DNA from: Camelus ferus
Taxonomy: Eukaryota
Length of the DNA stretch: 64,000 nucleotides
Direction of reading: 5' to 3'
NCBI RefSeq assembly: GCF_009834535.1
Contig: NC_045697.1
Coordinates: 65,908,001 to 65,972,000 of the forward strand
Below the pieces are notes generated by a model. That model was not told where the DNA came from. It saw only the letters and a program-made list of their open reading frames with translations, and did no database searches. Positions 38,400-51,010 of the stretch are shown in pieces. Both the position numbers and the translations under genes were made by a program. How positions within the stretch are numbered: position 1 is the first letter of the stretch; each line of letters opens with the position of its first letter.

Positions 38400-39175
38400 C
38401 TCATAGGCATATATATTCCATGACCCCCCTTTCTAATATATTTGTAAGTCGCTTGGTTAAATCAGTAGTCAGAGTTTATAGTATTCTGACTATGTAAATA
38501 TTGTATGCTGTCAAGTATCCTACAATTTCATTGATGTTTCATAGTATTACTTTCCCTAGTTAATACTTTACTTTTGTTATGTGCCTGTCTCTAATTTTCC
38601 CCAAGGATTTGAACAGACCTAGTAAAATTTTTTCCAAATGTTTTCATACTTCATACAGTCTATCCCGGTGATGTCAGCTGGGCGCCTCCATTCTCCTACT
38701 CCAGTGCAGACTGGCAGCTCTCCTCATCTAGTACACAGCCATCATTCTATAATTCCCTCCACATGTTCACAATGTCTTCCTCTCTTTTCAGGACTCCACC
38801 TGTTCCTTTTTCTTGATCTACTCCTTCATTTCAGCAGAACATATCCTCCAATCAATTCCTTCAAGGGGCGGGGGGGAAGAGGAAAGGGAGGTCACTTTTT
38901 GAGACCTTGAGAGTTTAAAAAATATCTTTATTCTCACACTCAGTGGAGTGTGAACTATTTTTTCTTCAGTTATAATGGACATGGTATGGCTCTATTTTCC
39001 TTATACTTTGGTTTTGCTCTTGAGGTGTTTAATGTCATTCTTATTCCTGATCTTTTATTCTTTTACCATCAGGAAGACTTCAGGATTTTTTTGAATAGGA
39101 TCTTTATTCCTATTCTGAAAGTTTATGATGATATGCCATTACATGGGTTTTCATTACATTAGGTACCTTTCATGG
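38400..39175 (-). mobile_element. HAL1-like element
   Basis: tcttgatctactccttcatttcagcagaacatatcctcca...gggaggtcactttttgagaccttgagagtttaaaaaatatctttattct resembles the reverse HAL1 consensus as recalled. Confidence 0.7.
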
Positions 39176-39254
39176 GAAGATATTTTCTCTAGGGTCATTC
39201 AGAATTTCCTATACACATTACTTTAGAAATTTTAGGAATAAAGGAAGTGACTAA

Positions 39255-39445
39255 GTATCCCACAATTATGGTGGGAGATTTAAATAGCACTCCTTCAGAA
39301 ATCAACTGAACTAAAAAAAATTGATGGTTTTAACAAGATAATTATTAAGTTTAATCTAATGTACATATAGTATTTTTTTCACTCATGAAACATCTGCAAA
39401 GATTTTCCATGTGCTAGACTAGAAAATTTAAACCAACTAAAATCA
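39255..39445 (+). mobile_element. old L1 ORF2 endonuclease-region fragment
   Basis: acaattatggtgggagatttaaatagcactccttcagaaatcaac encodes a TIMVGDLNS motif resembling L1 endonuclease GDFN. Confidence 0.65.
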
Positions 39446-39984
39446 TGTTTCATTAGTTTTAGAAAATTGAGTTTAATATTTATTTCCTTTTGATTAAATA
39501 ATAATAATAATTTTCAATGTTGAAAATTTGGAAAATAAAGTATAAAGGTGATGAATCACTTACAAACCATTACAACTTCCTAAAATGTACAGATAAATAT
39601 TAATGCATTCCCTCCTCTAAATTAGAATCCTACTCTAAGTTGGCAATTCTCTTAGTGATGCTTCCTGTCATTAAGTATTCTTTGAAATATTCTTTGAAAC
39701 CATCATATAGATGCATGCATGGAAGCATATATTAACTATCGCTTTTTGTAGACATTAAAATATTTCTAATTTTTGTATTTTACAAATACACAACAAACAT
39801 AATCATAAAAAAGGAAGTCTCAGTAAAGTCAAAATCTAGTACAATTAGAAATAAAAACAAAAGGTAACCCCCCAGCTTCTATATATATGATACTCCAGGG
39901 GCTACTACCTTCTCCCTTGGACTCTCCACACCAGTGTGAGTCAAATTTCTTTGCACCAACATCAGTATTTGCCACCCCATGTCT

Positions 39985-40090
39985 TCACTCACTCAACAAA
40001 TATTCATTGAGCATCTATTATGTGTAATGCACTGGGTAAGCAGTGAGAATAGAGAAAGAAAACACATCTTATCTTCATGGAGCACATACA
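39985..40090 (-). mobile_element. L2 3' end
   Basis: cactcactcaacaaatattcattgagcatctattatgtgtaatgcactgg. Confidence 0.8.
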
Positions 40091-41380
40091 CTTACTTGGT
40101 GTGTGTGCTTAGTGAGTAAACAGTTGGCTATGTTTTCTTCCTTCCTTCCTTCTTTCCTTCCTCTTCCTTCCTTTTTTCCCCTTTTCATCTCAGATCTTGA
40201 ATGATAACTTCTCTCTGGCGCCTAAAAATGTTTTTAAAATTTTATTTCAGCTTACCAATTTATTGTATAAAAGAATTCTGATTTTATATGATTAGCTCAA
40301 CTCTGCTGTATTAGCCTCTATAATTTTTGTCTTTGAAATATTGCACGGTCAGCAAGTTTCATTGTATATAGTTTTCCACTTAAACTAAGATTTTTATATT
40401 TGTGAGTATGGATATAAATATGCAAAGACTTGGAGGCCTTGGGTCTTGCTCTTTTCAACAGCCTGCTTCCATGGCAACAGAATCTATTAGAAACAACCTT
40501 GTCACCACAAATTTAGGTCCAAATAATTTCACAGAAAAGATAAAAAGGTATGTGGCAACTCTATCTTGCTCCATCTTTTACATAATGTAATTTCTCAGAA
40601 ATATGATCAGCATTTGAGACAAGTGATTAAAAATTAAAAGGCCCGAGAGAGAGAAAAAGACTATTCATAACAAGGATTTTGAAAGCTTAATGAAAGGTGG
40701 AAGAAAACATGATAGGACTTCAGTCTTTAACCTTTTTTGCACAAGGAACAATTGATCCAAAGCTTAAAAAAAAAGTTTATCCATTAAGGTTGAAGAAGTC
40801 CTAAATTTATAGTGTAATTTATTACTTGGGCCAGAAAATTAAATATGAGTGCAAATGTTTCATTATGTTCTTTGAACTTTGACTGTCAGAGCATTTTCTC
40901 CAAAACCATTGTACTAACTGATAGCAAAGGCAGAGAGGCCCTAGTAGACATAGAATTGTCAACCCAACATTTTTATCCTTGTTTCACTGGCTTTCCACAT
41001 CTCTGTGCCATAAAACACTCTGTCAATTTCACTGAACTCACTGGGTCATAGAGTCTTCTCCTAAGGTTAAGGCCATAGAATTGACTCTGGTGTATATTAA
41101 GTTTTATGGTCATAGACGGTTCCAAAATTTCCACTAATCAAAGAAAGCCTGAGCCAGCCAGGAAGACTGAAAACTTCATCCTGAAAACTGTTTACTGAAG
41201 TCATCATAATGATTAAATATAATCAAGTACATATTACCATTTGAATGTAGTTTAATTAGGGGATTTGTCTCAGGTTGTGACTGGCCAATGTACCCTCTTC
41301 AGAGATAAGGATAGAGTAATTTCTATCAAGAACAATAGACACAGTCTGGCCACTGGCTAATCAATTTTTAAAATGTACTA

Positions 41381-41793
41381 TGAAGTAAGACTGAAAGAGA
41401 AAGAAAAATACCATATGGTATCACTCATATGTGGAATTTAAAAAAGAAAGAAAAAAAGAAAAAAGAAGAAGACACTAATGAACTTATCTACAAAACAGAA
41501 ACAGACCCACAGACATAATAAATAAACTTACGGTTACTGGGAGAAGGGGGTGGGAAGGGATAAACTAGGAGTTCAAAATTTGCAAATAATACTATATATA
41601 AAATAGATAAAAAGTAGATTTTTTTCTGTATAGTGGGAAACTATATTTGGTATCTTGTAGTAACCTATAATGAAGAATATGAAAGCGAACATGTGTATGT
41701 AAATGTATGACTGAAACATTATGCTGTACACCAGAAATTTTGAGCTGACTATACTTCAAAAAAAAAAAAAACACACACACACACACACACACA
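41381..41793 (+). mobile_element. lineage-specific L1 3' end with poly(A) and (CA)n tail
   Basis: gaaagaaaaataccatatggtatcactcatatgtggaat...gggtgggaagggataaactaggagtt...tgactatacttcaaaaaaa; resembles the copies at 643-1254 and 50215-50812. Confidence 0.92.
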
Positions 41794-42011
41794 AAGATAA
41801 GGAGGTGAATAATGGAGGATGAATAGGAAAGTGCAAAGTATAGAATGAATTAGTAGATGGATTTAGGATTTAAAGTTACAGTATTAAGACTTAAATTTAC
41901 AACATTAGAATCAAAGTTATGGTGCTTTTAAATTCTGCCCCAGCAGCCTAGACCACGCTAAAGAGACTCTAGTGGTAAAAAAATTCTATTTGCATTCTTG
42001 TATTTTTCAAA

Positions 42012-42130
42012 TAAATGTCTTCCCCCACCAGAATGCAAGTTCCAAGAGCACAGAGACTGTGTCTATATCTAACTTAGCATAATCACTGACAGACAGTAAC
42101 TATTCCATGATAACTGTAGACTGGCTGAGG
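42012..42130 (+). mobile_element. L2 3' end fragment
   Basis: tgtcttccccaccagaatgcaagttccaagagcacagagactgtgtct. Confidence 0.72.
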
Positions 42131-42189
42131 AGAGCAAGCCAAGTGCAAGAGCTTCTTTTCTGTTAAATTTCTTTTAATTTTTAAATTTA

Positions 42190-42750
42190 GAATTTTTTAA
42201 ACTTTCATTTTGAAATAATATTATACTTACAAAAGAGTTGCAAAAATACTACAAAGAATTCCCATACACTTTCCACACATATTCCCCAAATGTTATCTTA
42301 TATAACACCACAGCACTGTCATCAAAATCAAGAAATTAACATTAGAATTAACCTCAACATTAGGCAATACTATTATCTAATTTATAGACCTTATTCAAAT
42401 TTAGCCAATTTACCCACAACCCCCTTTTTCTGGTTCAGGATCTAATCTACCATCACATGATGCATTTAGTTGTCATGTAACTTTACTCTCCTGTAATCTG
42501 GAACAGTTCTTCAGTCTGCCTTTGTCTTTCACGACCTTAATCTTTTTAGAATGCTGGCTAGTTATTTCTTAGAATGTTGCTCAATTGGAATCTATCTGAT
42601 GTTTCCCCATGATTAAATTCAGATTATTCTTTGTTAGTAAGAATACCACAGTAGTAATACTGTGATCTTCTCAGTGTCTCATATCAGGAGACACATGGAA
42701 TCAACTTGTTCCAATACGGATGATATTAACTCTGATTACATGGTGAAGGT
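42190..42750 (-). mobile_element. L1MC4/5-like 3' UTR
   Basis: ttttgaaataatattatacttacaaaagagttgcaaaaatactacaaagaattcc...tgcatttagttgtcatgt...tcatatcaggagacacatg. Confidence 0.85.
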
Positions 42751-42889
42751 AGAGAACAGCTGGTAGAGAACAGTATTTTGTTATAGCAGCCCAAATATAC
42801 TAAAATAAAAGACATCCACGGCACACACAAAATACATTAAAACACTCTGTAAAAAAAAAAAATCAGGCAAAAAATAAAAGAAGGAAAAA

Positions 42890-43392
42890 TGTGATTTTTC
42901 TAATCTATTGATAAATTTATAACAATATAGGGCTTTAGAGTTTCTGTTTTATCTGGTGTCAGTTTGGGTAAGTTGTATTTTTCAAAGAATTTATCAGTTT
43001 CATCTAAGTTGTTAGATACACTGGCATAAAGTTGTCCATATATTCTCCTATTATCCTTTTAATGTCTGTAAGATTTACAGTGATAGTCCCTCTTTATTCC
43101 TGATATATAAATAATTTATGTCCCCTGTCTCCATTTCTTGATCCCTCTAGCTAGGAATTTACCAATTTTGTTGATCTTTTAAAACAACTATTAACTTTGT
43201 TAAATTTTTAAATTATCTCTCTACTTCCCTTTGATGTTATTACCATTCTTCTTTTCTCATACAAGCATTTTAAAGTTATAAATTTCCCTCTAAGCACTGC
43301 TTTAGCTGCATTGTACAATTTTTAGAATTCTGGCTTTTCATTATTAGTTTAAAATGTGTTCTAAATTCACTAGTGGGTTCTTCCTTCACCCA
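42890..43392 (-). mobile_element. old L1 ORF2 (post-endonuclease) fragment
   Basis: gtcagtttgggtaagttgtatttttcaaagaatttatcagtttcatctaagttg...ataaatttccctctaagcactgctttagctgca. Confidence 0.88.
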
Positions 43393-44042
43393 TGGCTATC
43401 TATCAAAAAGACTAGACATGGAGAAAAGGGAACACTTGTGCATTGCTGGTGGGAATGTAAATTTGTGTAGCTAATATGGCAAACTGTATGGAGGTTCCTC
43501 AAAAAATTTAAAATTGAAGTATCATATGATCCAGCAATTCCATTTCTGGGTACATATCCAAAGAAAAAGAAAACACTAACTTAAAAAGATACATGCACCC
43601 CTATGTTCACTGCAGTATTATTTACAATAATCAAGACATGGAAGCAATCTAAGTGTCCATCAATGAATGAATAAATTTAAAAACTGTAGTATATGTATAC
43701 AATAAAATACTATTCAGCCATTAAAAAGAAGGAAAATTTGCCATTTGCGAAAATATGGATGGACCTCAAGGGCATCAAACCAAGCGAAATAACTCAGAGA
43801 GTTATATGTGGAGATGTATGTATATGTATATACACATACATATGTGTGTGTGTATGTGTGTGTGTGTGTGTGTGTGTGTATGCTCATAGAATCAGAGAAC
43901 AGATTGGTGCTTGCCAGAGACAGGGCATTAGGAGTGTGAGAAATGAGTGAACTGTGGGTTTTTTTGTTTAAATAAATGTTTAAAAATAAAAGATATTAAA
44001 ATTTTTGTCATCAAATTAAAAATAAAAAAATAAAGAAAAAAA
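43392..44042 (+). mobile_element. younger L1 ORF2 end, 3' UTR and A-rich tail, with internal (TG)n at about 43815-43882
   Basis: atggctatctatcaaaaagac...ggagaaaagggaacacttgtgcattgctggtgggaatgtaaat...aaagatacatgcacccctatgttcactgcag; A-rich tail to about 44042. Confidence 0.92.
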
Positions 44043-45109
44043 TTTTCTTTCATACTATGAAAAGGTGCTAAAAGCTTGTCTTTCCATTAAAGAAAACTTG
44101 GAATTGATATAATGGATAAAAAGCGCTTATGAAACATATATAGGCATTCTTGACATAATAAAATAGAAGCTTAGGAGAGTACTTTTGGAAAGATTAGTGG
44201 GTTTTTTTTTTTTTTTTTTTTTTACTTTAGAAGACAGATGTTTTGCTGTTCTTGACTAGCAGATGCAACTACAACTTAACTGTGTTTCCAACAGGAAATA
44301 AAAATGTGTTCAGTATTTCTTCTAAAGACAAAGAATAGCATACTAACAAAAAGTCACTGTCTTGCTGTTTCTTTTGTGGTTCCCAGTTCACACATGTGGA
44401 AATATAATTTATGATGAAACTGATTTTTCAAATTGATTACTTCTTAAGAACCATCCATTTAAACATGAAGCATTTTAATTTTTTTCTTCTCATTCAATGA
44501 CAAGAAGAAGAAAAAGTCATACAAATATTTCTGTGATGCTAGACTTTTCCTAGTGGAAATATATATAATATGCCATAACCAAAATAATTTCCTTTTCAAA
44601 TCTAGTGTATTTATAGCAGATGCTGCTAAGTAATCACTGTGAGTCCCATGTGGCTATGCAACTTAGCCATGCTGCTAAGATAGCTGTCTCCTTGGTGAGT
44701 GTCAATGGTTTTGTGCAAATTTCCAAACAAATGTAAGGCTGTCCCAGTGTCAATGTGGGTAGTGCCAATTTAAGACAGGTGAGAATTTAATAAATCATTT
44801 GAGACTGTCCAGATAATACCTGAGAGATTTTTAAGAGTGTTACAAAGTAGAATGGAATGTTCCCAGAGATGGCTGACTTAAGGAAAATTTCTTGGTCCCT
44901 TTTAGAAATTTTAGAAATTTATAAATCATTTGGGTAAGAATAAGATGCATAATTGCTTTATACCTAAGTGCCACATAAGAACTTAAATAGTGCCTGGTGC
45001 TCATAAGCAAAAGTAATGGCATCATATTAACTATAAAAATAATCTCTAACTTTAGGTAAGTTGTTGATCTTGATACTTTTCTCTGCTGTGTTAAAAAAAA
45101 AAGAAGTAT

Positions 45110-46172
45110 ATAATTTACATTCCAAATTTTGAGGGATTTTCTAAATATCCGATATTTTCACTAAATATAGATGCTCGCTGGACAGTTTTCTTTCAGTGTC
45201 TTAAAATGTTATTCCACTGTTTTCTGGAAATCACTGTTTTTGACATTAAGTCATTTGTATTCTTGTTCCCCCATATGTGATGTGTCATTTTTCTCCAGTA
45301 AAATTTTCTCTTTACCTTTATTTTTCAACAAGATGTACCTAGGGTGGTTTTCTCTGTTTTCCTGCAGTGAGATTCTTAAATCAAATATTAAGATCTTTTG
45401 AGCTATTATTTATCATATATTTTCCACTCTAGCTAACCATATGTGAAATTTTTTGCTATTGTTCCATAGGTACTGATGCTCTGTTCATTTTTTTTAATCT
45501 TTATTTTTTTCTGTTCTTCAGATTGAATAATTTTTGTTCATCTATCTTCAAGTTCACTGATGATTTCTTTGTCATTTTCAATCTTCTATTAAACATCCAG
45601 TATTTTAAAATTTTAGACATTTCACATTTCAGTTCTATAATTTCCTAATGGTTCTTTTTCATAGTTTTCTTTCTTTAGGCTGAGATGTTCTATTTATTGG
45701 CTCTTTGTGGTCACATTTTCCTTTATGTCCTTAAACATTTGCTTTACAATCCTTATCTGATAATTCCAACATCTGGGTCATCTCAGAATCAGTCTTTATT
45801 GATTACATTTTCTCTTGAGTAAGGGTTGCATTTTTCTGTTTCTTCATTTGTCTAGTAACTTGGAATTATATTATGTGAATAATATTGTATCTTTGGAATG
45901 ATATAGTGTAAAGATTCTGGATTTTCTTACAGTCTTCCAAAAGTATTGTGATTTTTGTGTTTTTTGATGTTGTTGTTTCAGCAGGCAGTTTATTTACCTG
46001 AACTCAAACTCCGAACTCTGAATCCCTGTAGAGTGAAGCAACTGAAAGCCTGTTCAATTTAGCCTTAGTTACTCCATACATGTGCAATTCAGGGGCCAGA
46101 GAGAATAGCAGATTTCATCGTCAGAATCTGGGGTAACCTACGTTCATTTTCTCCTTTCCTATGTTTCTTCCT
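45110..46172 (-). mobile_element. old L1 ORF1 and 5' region
   Basis: gacagttttctttcagtgtcttaaaatgttattccactg...ttcttcagattgaataatt...tctatcttcaagttcactga...tctgataattccaacatctgggtcatctcag. Confidence 0.82.
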
Positions 46173-46617
46173 TGTATGAGTTTCCTAGAGCTGTCATAAC
46201 AAAGTATCACAAACTGGGTGGCTTAAGACAAGAATTTATTCTCCTATAGTCCAGGAGGCTGGAAGTCCAAAATCAAAGTTTTGGCAAGGTTAGTATCTCA
46301 AGGAGGCTTTAAGGAAGGATCTGTTCTATGCCTCTCTCATAGGGTCTGTTGGTTGCCAGCAATAATTGGCATTGCTTGGCTTATTGTGGCATATTCCAAT
46401 CTCTGCCTCCATCTTCACAAGGTCATTTTCCCTCTATGTGTGTCTGTGTTAACATTTCTCTCTTCTTATAAAGACACTGTGATTGGATTAGGACCCACTC
46501 TAACTCAATATGACCTTATCCTAATTACATCTGCAAAGTTTCTATTTCCAAATAAAGTCACATTCACAGATTCTGGGTGGATATGAATGTTGAGGGGACA
46601 CTATTCAACCCAGTACA
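46173..46617 (-). mobile_element. MLT1C-like MaLR solo LTR, full length
   Basis: TG...CA ends: tgtatgagtttcctagagctgtcataacaaagtatcacaaactgggtggctt and ggggacactattcaacccagtaca. TTCCT occurs on both sides (46168-46172 and 46619-46623). Confidence 0.93.
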
Positions 46618-46950
46618 TTTCCTTATTTCCCAGTTGCTATGGCAGCCTCAAACTCTGTCCCCTAAGTCTTCAAACCATTAAGACTACAGATTTCTATCCA
46701 AGTTTTAGGTGCTCCTTATGTCATAGAGTGGGCCTGCACTTAGGCAAAAAGCCACAAAAACCAGAAACTCATAAAGGCTGTTCCGTTCTTCCAAAAATCA
46801 TGTCCCCTCTGGATTTTGCCTGCTTTATTTACTCTATAGTGCCTCTGGTAATTGCCTTTTTAAATCTTCTTTTCCATGGCTTACAATTAGTCTCAATGGG
46901 AGGGCAGATCTAACAGGAACTACTCCAGCACAACGAGAGTGGGATCACCT
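46618..46950 (-). mobile_element. continuation of old L1 5' region after the LTR
   Basis: ctcaaactctgtcc...ggcaaaaagccacaaaaaccagaaactca...aggaactactccagc resembles old L1 5' ends. Confidence 0.55.
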
Positions 46951-47147
46951 GCTTTTCTAAGAAATTTAATAGAAAGAAAAAAAAAAAAGAAGTAACATTT
47001 GCTGCATATTAAATAACGTATATGAATTATGTTATATTTTTAAACCATTATTTAGCTCTAATATTTTAAATATTTATACTCCATCAATTTGCAGTTATTT
47101 TTCCCCATCAGAAAGCATGCATGGTATCTGATGATTAAAATATTCAT

Positions 47148-47383
47148 AATAGTAACATTTATTACTTATTGTTACAGTTACTCTTCTAAATGCCTCAAAG
47201 GTATTATCTCAGTAAATTTTCACATCAACGTACAGCTTCAGCAGTAGTTTTACAGAAGAGTAATTCCCACTTTACAGATGAGGCAACTGAGGCCCAGGAA
47301 GTTAAGTAATTTGTATGTGTTACACAGTAGTATATGGTGAATTGTAAGAGCCCATGCATATACCCATTGTGCTCTACTGCCTC
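47148..47383 (-). mobile_element. MIR SINE
   Basis: cccactttacagatgaggcaactgaggcccaggaagttaagtaatttg. Confidence 0.88.
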
Positions 47384-49443
47384 CTAACAACACAAATCAT
47401 TGTCTCTGGCACTAGGCTTGAATCATTATTAACCATCATAAGGCTGCATTTGCCTAATTTTGCCTAATTTTTAATGTATTGTGTGATGTAAACAGGAAGC
47501 AAATAAACACTGTAATTACATGATTTTATTAAATCATAGCTAATTTCAGAATCAGAGTTTACTTCATTATTTTTGACTTTTCTAGTTTGTATGACTGATA
47601 TATCAGAAATTCTTTAAGCACTAAAACAAATTTCAGAATTCTCAAACTTGCAAATTCCCTTTTTAAAAGTATCTGCAAGGCAAGAAGTATAGGAAAATTA
47701 GGTTCAATGTAATTAGCGCATACTATGCAATTAGTTGCATTATAATTTATGTTATAACCTTAACTTTCATCATTGAGAAAAATCCCTTTCTCTTCCCCCT
47801 CCCCTCGCTCCTGCTCTTTCTCCTGTTTCAGCTGTTTGCTCTTATCATAAACATGACAAGCTGTAAGACATGAACAAATGTGTACTTAAGCAAAATAGTT
47901 ATTTCCTTAACTTGATTCGGTAAGGCACCCTAGAGATTAATACTGTTACTGATTTCACAGGTCTCTTGTGCATGTGAATTTCCAGGAGATTCTATTCAAC
48001 TGGTGTAACTAAGAAGAAAGAACAATGTTCCTCTATACAAGGTGGGTTTTGCATTGTCCCACACATAGCCTGCTGATGGCTATGGGATGGCAAAGTCATC
48101 TTCATTAGATGGAATTTAATAGTGAATCAAAGTTTTTGTGGAGAATAGACTGATCTAAACTTTAGCCTCCCTTGGGTCCTGCTGAAAGATTAGAGGGAAA
48201 GAGTAGGGCCTTAGTAAGTTGAATGTAGCAGATTGTTTTTCACTAATAGTTCTCTTGTAAAACTCTGAAAACCACCCAGTTTAACCCTTAAAAAAGGAAA
48301 AAGAAAAAGAAGAGGGATGGGGGAGGGAAAAAACTCAGACAGTATACCACGGGCATTGATTTCATTGATTTTTGAGATGTGCTGTTATCCCCATAGCAAG
48401 TTCCACAGTTTGGATTATGTACACATGACCAAAATTTGTCCATCAAAAGTAAATCAGTTTCCTTGCTACATTTAATAGTCCATGCCAAATGCAGCAATGC
48501 TATAACTTTAATAAAGACTTTATAAACTGTAATTGTCTTTAAGTTTTGTTCTATGATTGGGGATTCTAAGACTCAACCTAGGCTGCAGTTCTTTGATAAA
48601 ATCTTTTCGAAAATATTCTGAATCCAGGAAAAGTTAATGGTTGACGAAAAAGGAGGAGCAGCACAGGTAAAATGCATCAAGCAGCACCTGTATGGCAGGA
48701 TCAGACACAGTTAACAAGAAAAAAAGAAGGAGAAACAAATGTGTCAGATGATCTTTAGTCTAAAGAAATGTCTGTTGGGCAACTGGGCATTTTGCTCCTT
48801 GCCTTTTATTTCCAACTTCCTTTCAAAGAATTCGTTAAGTGAAAAGGGAGATGATGGCAGCTCAGTATATCAAAGCTCAGTTATCAGCTGGCTTATTCTG
48901 GTATCTTTAGTCTTTTGTGGATGCCTTATGATGTGTTGTGTGGTAACACTGGAAAGTCAATCTTATACCAGTGATTGCCACATAAATGTTAAGGAGTCTG
49001 AAAAAAAAAGATCACAAAATAGAAATTGTTGCTCTCTCAGGTATACAGTGGCACTGATAAGAATTAATGTATCCAAAAAGATTTGGGTAGGTTTCTTTTT
49101 CCTTTTTGGGTTGGGTGGGGTGCAGAGGGATTGACTTATTTTTCAGTAGGGTGAGAAGGAATGTCTAAGAGAAAGAAAAAGGCATAATGGAGACTGTTTC
49201 ATCCTCAACTCTTTGAGTATTGGCTGTGAGCACGCTGTCTCAGTTAGTGACAAAATTAAATAAAAAGCTTACTGCCACAACAAAGAAATCTGTTTCCTTT
49301 TAGGTAATATTTTTATTTTTAAGAATTCACAGGGACTATTAAAAATTAAACATCACTTTAAAAATCAAAGTACACCTTTTAGGGGACAAATGTGCTTTTG
49401 CTAAATCTATAACAGAAAGACATTTAAAACACTTGAAAGATAG

Positions 49444-49900
49444 TGTACTAGTCAACAGGAGACATCTTCATTGGGATTGTGAAGAAAACTGAATGAAGGA
49501 AGGTGCTATTTTTAGAACTGTGGGTTGGATTAAGGGAACCAGTAAGAGTTGGTGAGTCCGCCAGGGACTAGCAACAGCAGGAGCCCATTACCACTGTACG
49601 GCTACCGGTCAAGTGGAAGTAAGTGACCAAGTGAGAGCTCAGCCATGTGAGAGGCACGTGGCCACAGAGCTAAACCCAGAAAGGAGGGAAGAAATACCCT
49701 GACCTCTTTCTCCTCCTGCCCACTTTTCTCCTGCTGTGCCTCCAGTAACCAAACCCCTTCAGAAGCCAGAATAAACTTAGTGTTGCTGTCTACAAGGATC
49801 AGAACCTCCCTTTTCACTGGCCCAGGGCACAGATCTGAGCAGAGACAGGAAGAAAATTGATGATGGGGTTTGCAGATGCATGACCAATGGAGATATTGAA
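49444..49900 (-). mobile_element. LTR33-family ERVL solo LTR
   Basis: cagggactagcaacagcaggagcccattaccac...aaataccctgacctctttctcctcctgccc...cagaagccaga...cagggcacaga. Confidence 0.72.
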
Positions 49901-50214
49901 AGAGAAATCACTTTCTATCAACTTTATCCATAGAAATGACAGATGTAATCTGTTTCATTCTGGTTAATCATACTAATTCTTATTTCTATTTTGGTGTAAC
50001 TATACGAGGTGGTGTCTTTATTTTGTTATATCTGTATGAGGCAGCGTAACAGTTTCTTCCAAATCACTTTCATCTACTCCTTAGAATGTTTTAACACTGG
50101 ACAGAGTTGTATATTGATTTTAGCCTGAAAATCTTCGTGAAGAGGTAAGAATACTGCAACAAATTAGTGTTTATACAAAATGCCTCTTCAGGAGCTAGGA
50201 CATACATCATACAT

Positions 50215-50812
50215 ACATGCACCCCAATGTTCACAGCAGTTCTATTTACAATAGCCAAGACATGGAAGCAACCTAAATGCCCACCAAAGATGAATGGATA
50301 AAGTTGTGGTGTATATATATGTATATATGGATATCATTCAGCCATAAAAAAGAATGAAATAATGCCATTTGTAGCAACATGGATGCATCTAGAAATTATT
50401 AAAGTAAGTGAAGAAAGTCATACAGAGAAAGACAAACATCACATGATATCAGTTATATGTGGAATCTTAATAAAATGATACAAATGAACCTATTTACGAG
50501 ATAAAAAGAGACTCACAGACATAGAAAATAAACTTATGGTTACCAAAGGGGAAAAAGGTGGGGGGAGGAATAAATTAGGAGTTTGGGATTGGCAGATATA
50601 AACCACTGTATATAAAATAGATAAACAACATGGTCCTAATGTATAGCACATTCAATATCTTGTAATGACCTATAATGAAACTACATTCAATATCTTATAA
50701 CTTGTAGTAATCTATAATGAAAAAGAATGTATGTGTATGTATGACTGAATCATTATGTCGAACACCAGAAACTGACATAACATTGTAAATCAACTAAACT
50801 TCAATTAAAAAA
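50215..50812 (+). mobile_element. 5'-truncated lineage-specific L1 3' end with TSD
   Basis: acatgcaccccaatgttcacagcag...tgtaaatcaactaaacttcaattaaaaaa. TSD ATACATCATACAT (50202-50214) and ATACATCATGCAT (50813-50825). Confidence 0.94.
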
Positions 50813-50825
50813 ATACATCATGCAT

Positions 50826-51010
50826 TATAACACTTCAGAACTGAAAGAGACTATAAAGACCAAATTAAAATTTTTATTTTACAAAGGAGGACAAAAGTCT
50901 AGAGATAGCTGTAGTTTCCCCACTGCAATACAGGGCTCGGTTTTAGCAAGGTTAAGATCAGAACCCAGGTTTCCTGACTCTTTATCTGGTTTTCCCATCT
51001 TCCCATGGTA
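50826..51010 (-). mobile_element. MIR3/MIRc-like SINE
   Basis: ttcagaactgaaagagactataaagacca...attttacaaaggagga...cagaacccaggtttcctgactc. Confidence 0.7.

Noticed and set aside
42890..44042. Twin-priming inverted L1
   Set aside because: The minus and plus parts look different in age, map far apart on ORF2, and I found no enclosing TSD. Independent insertions are simpler.
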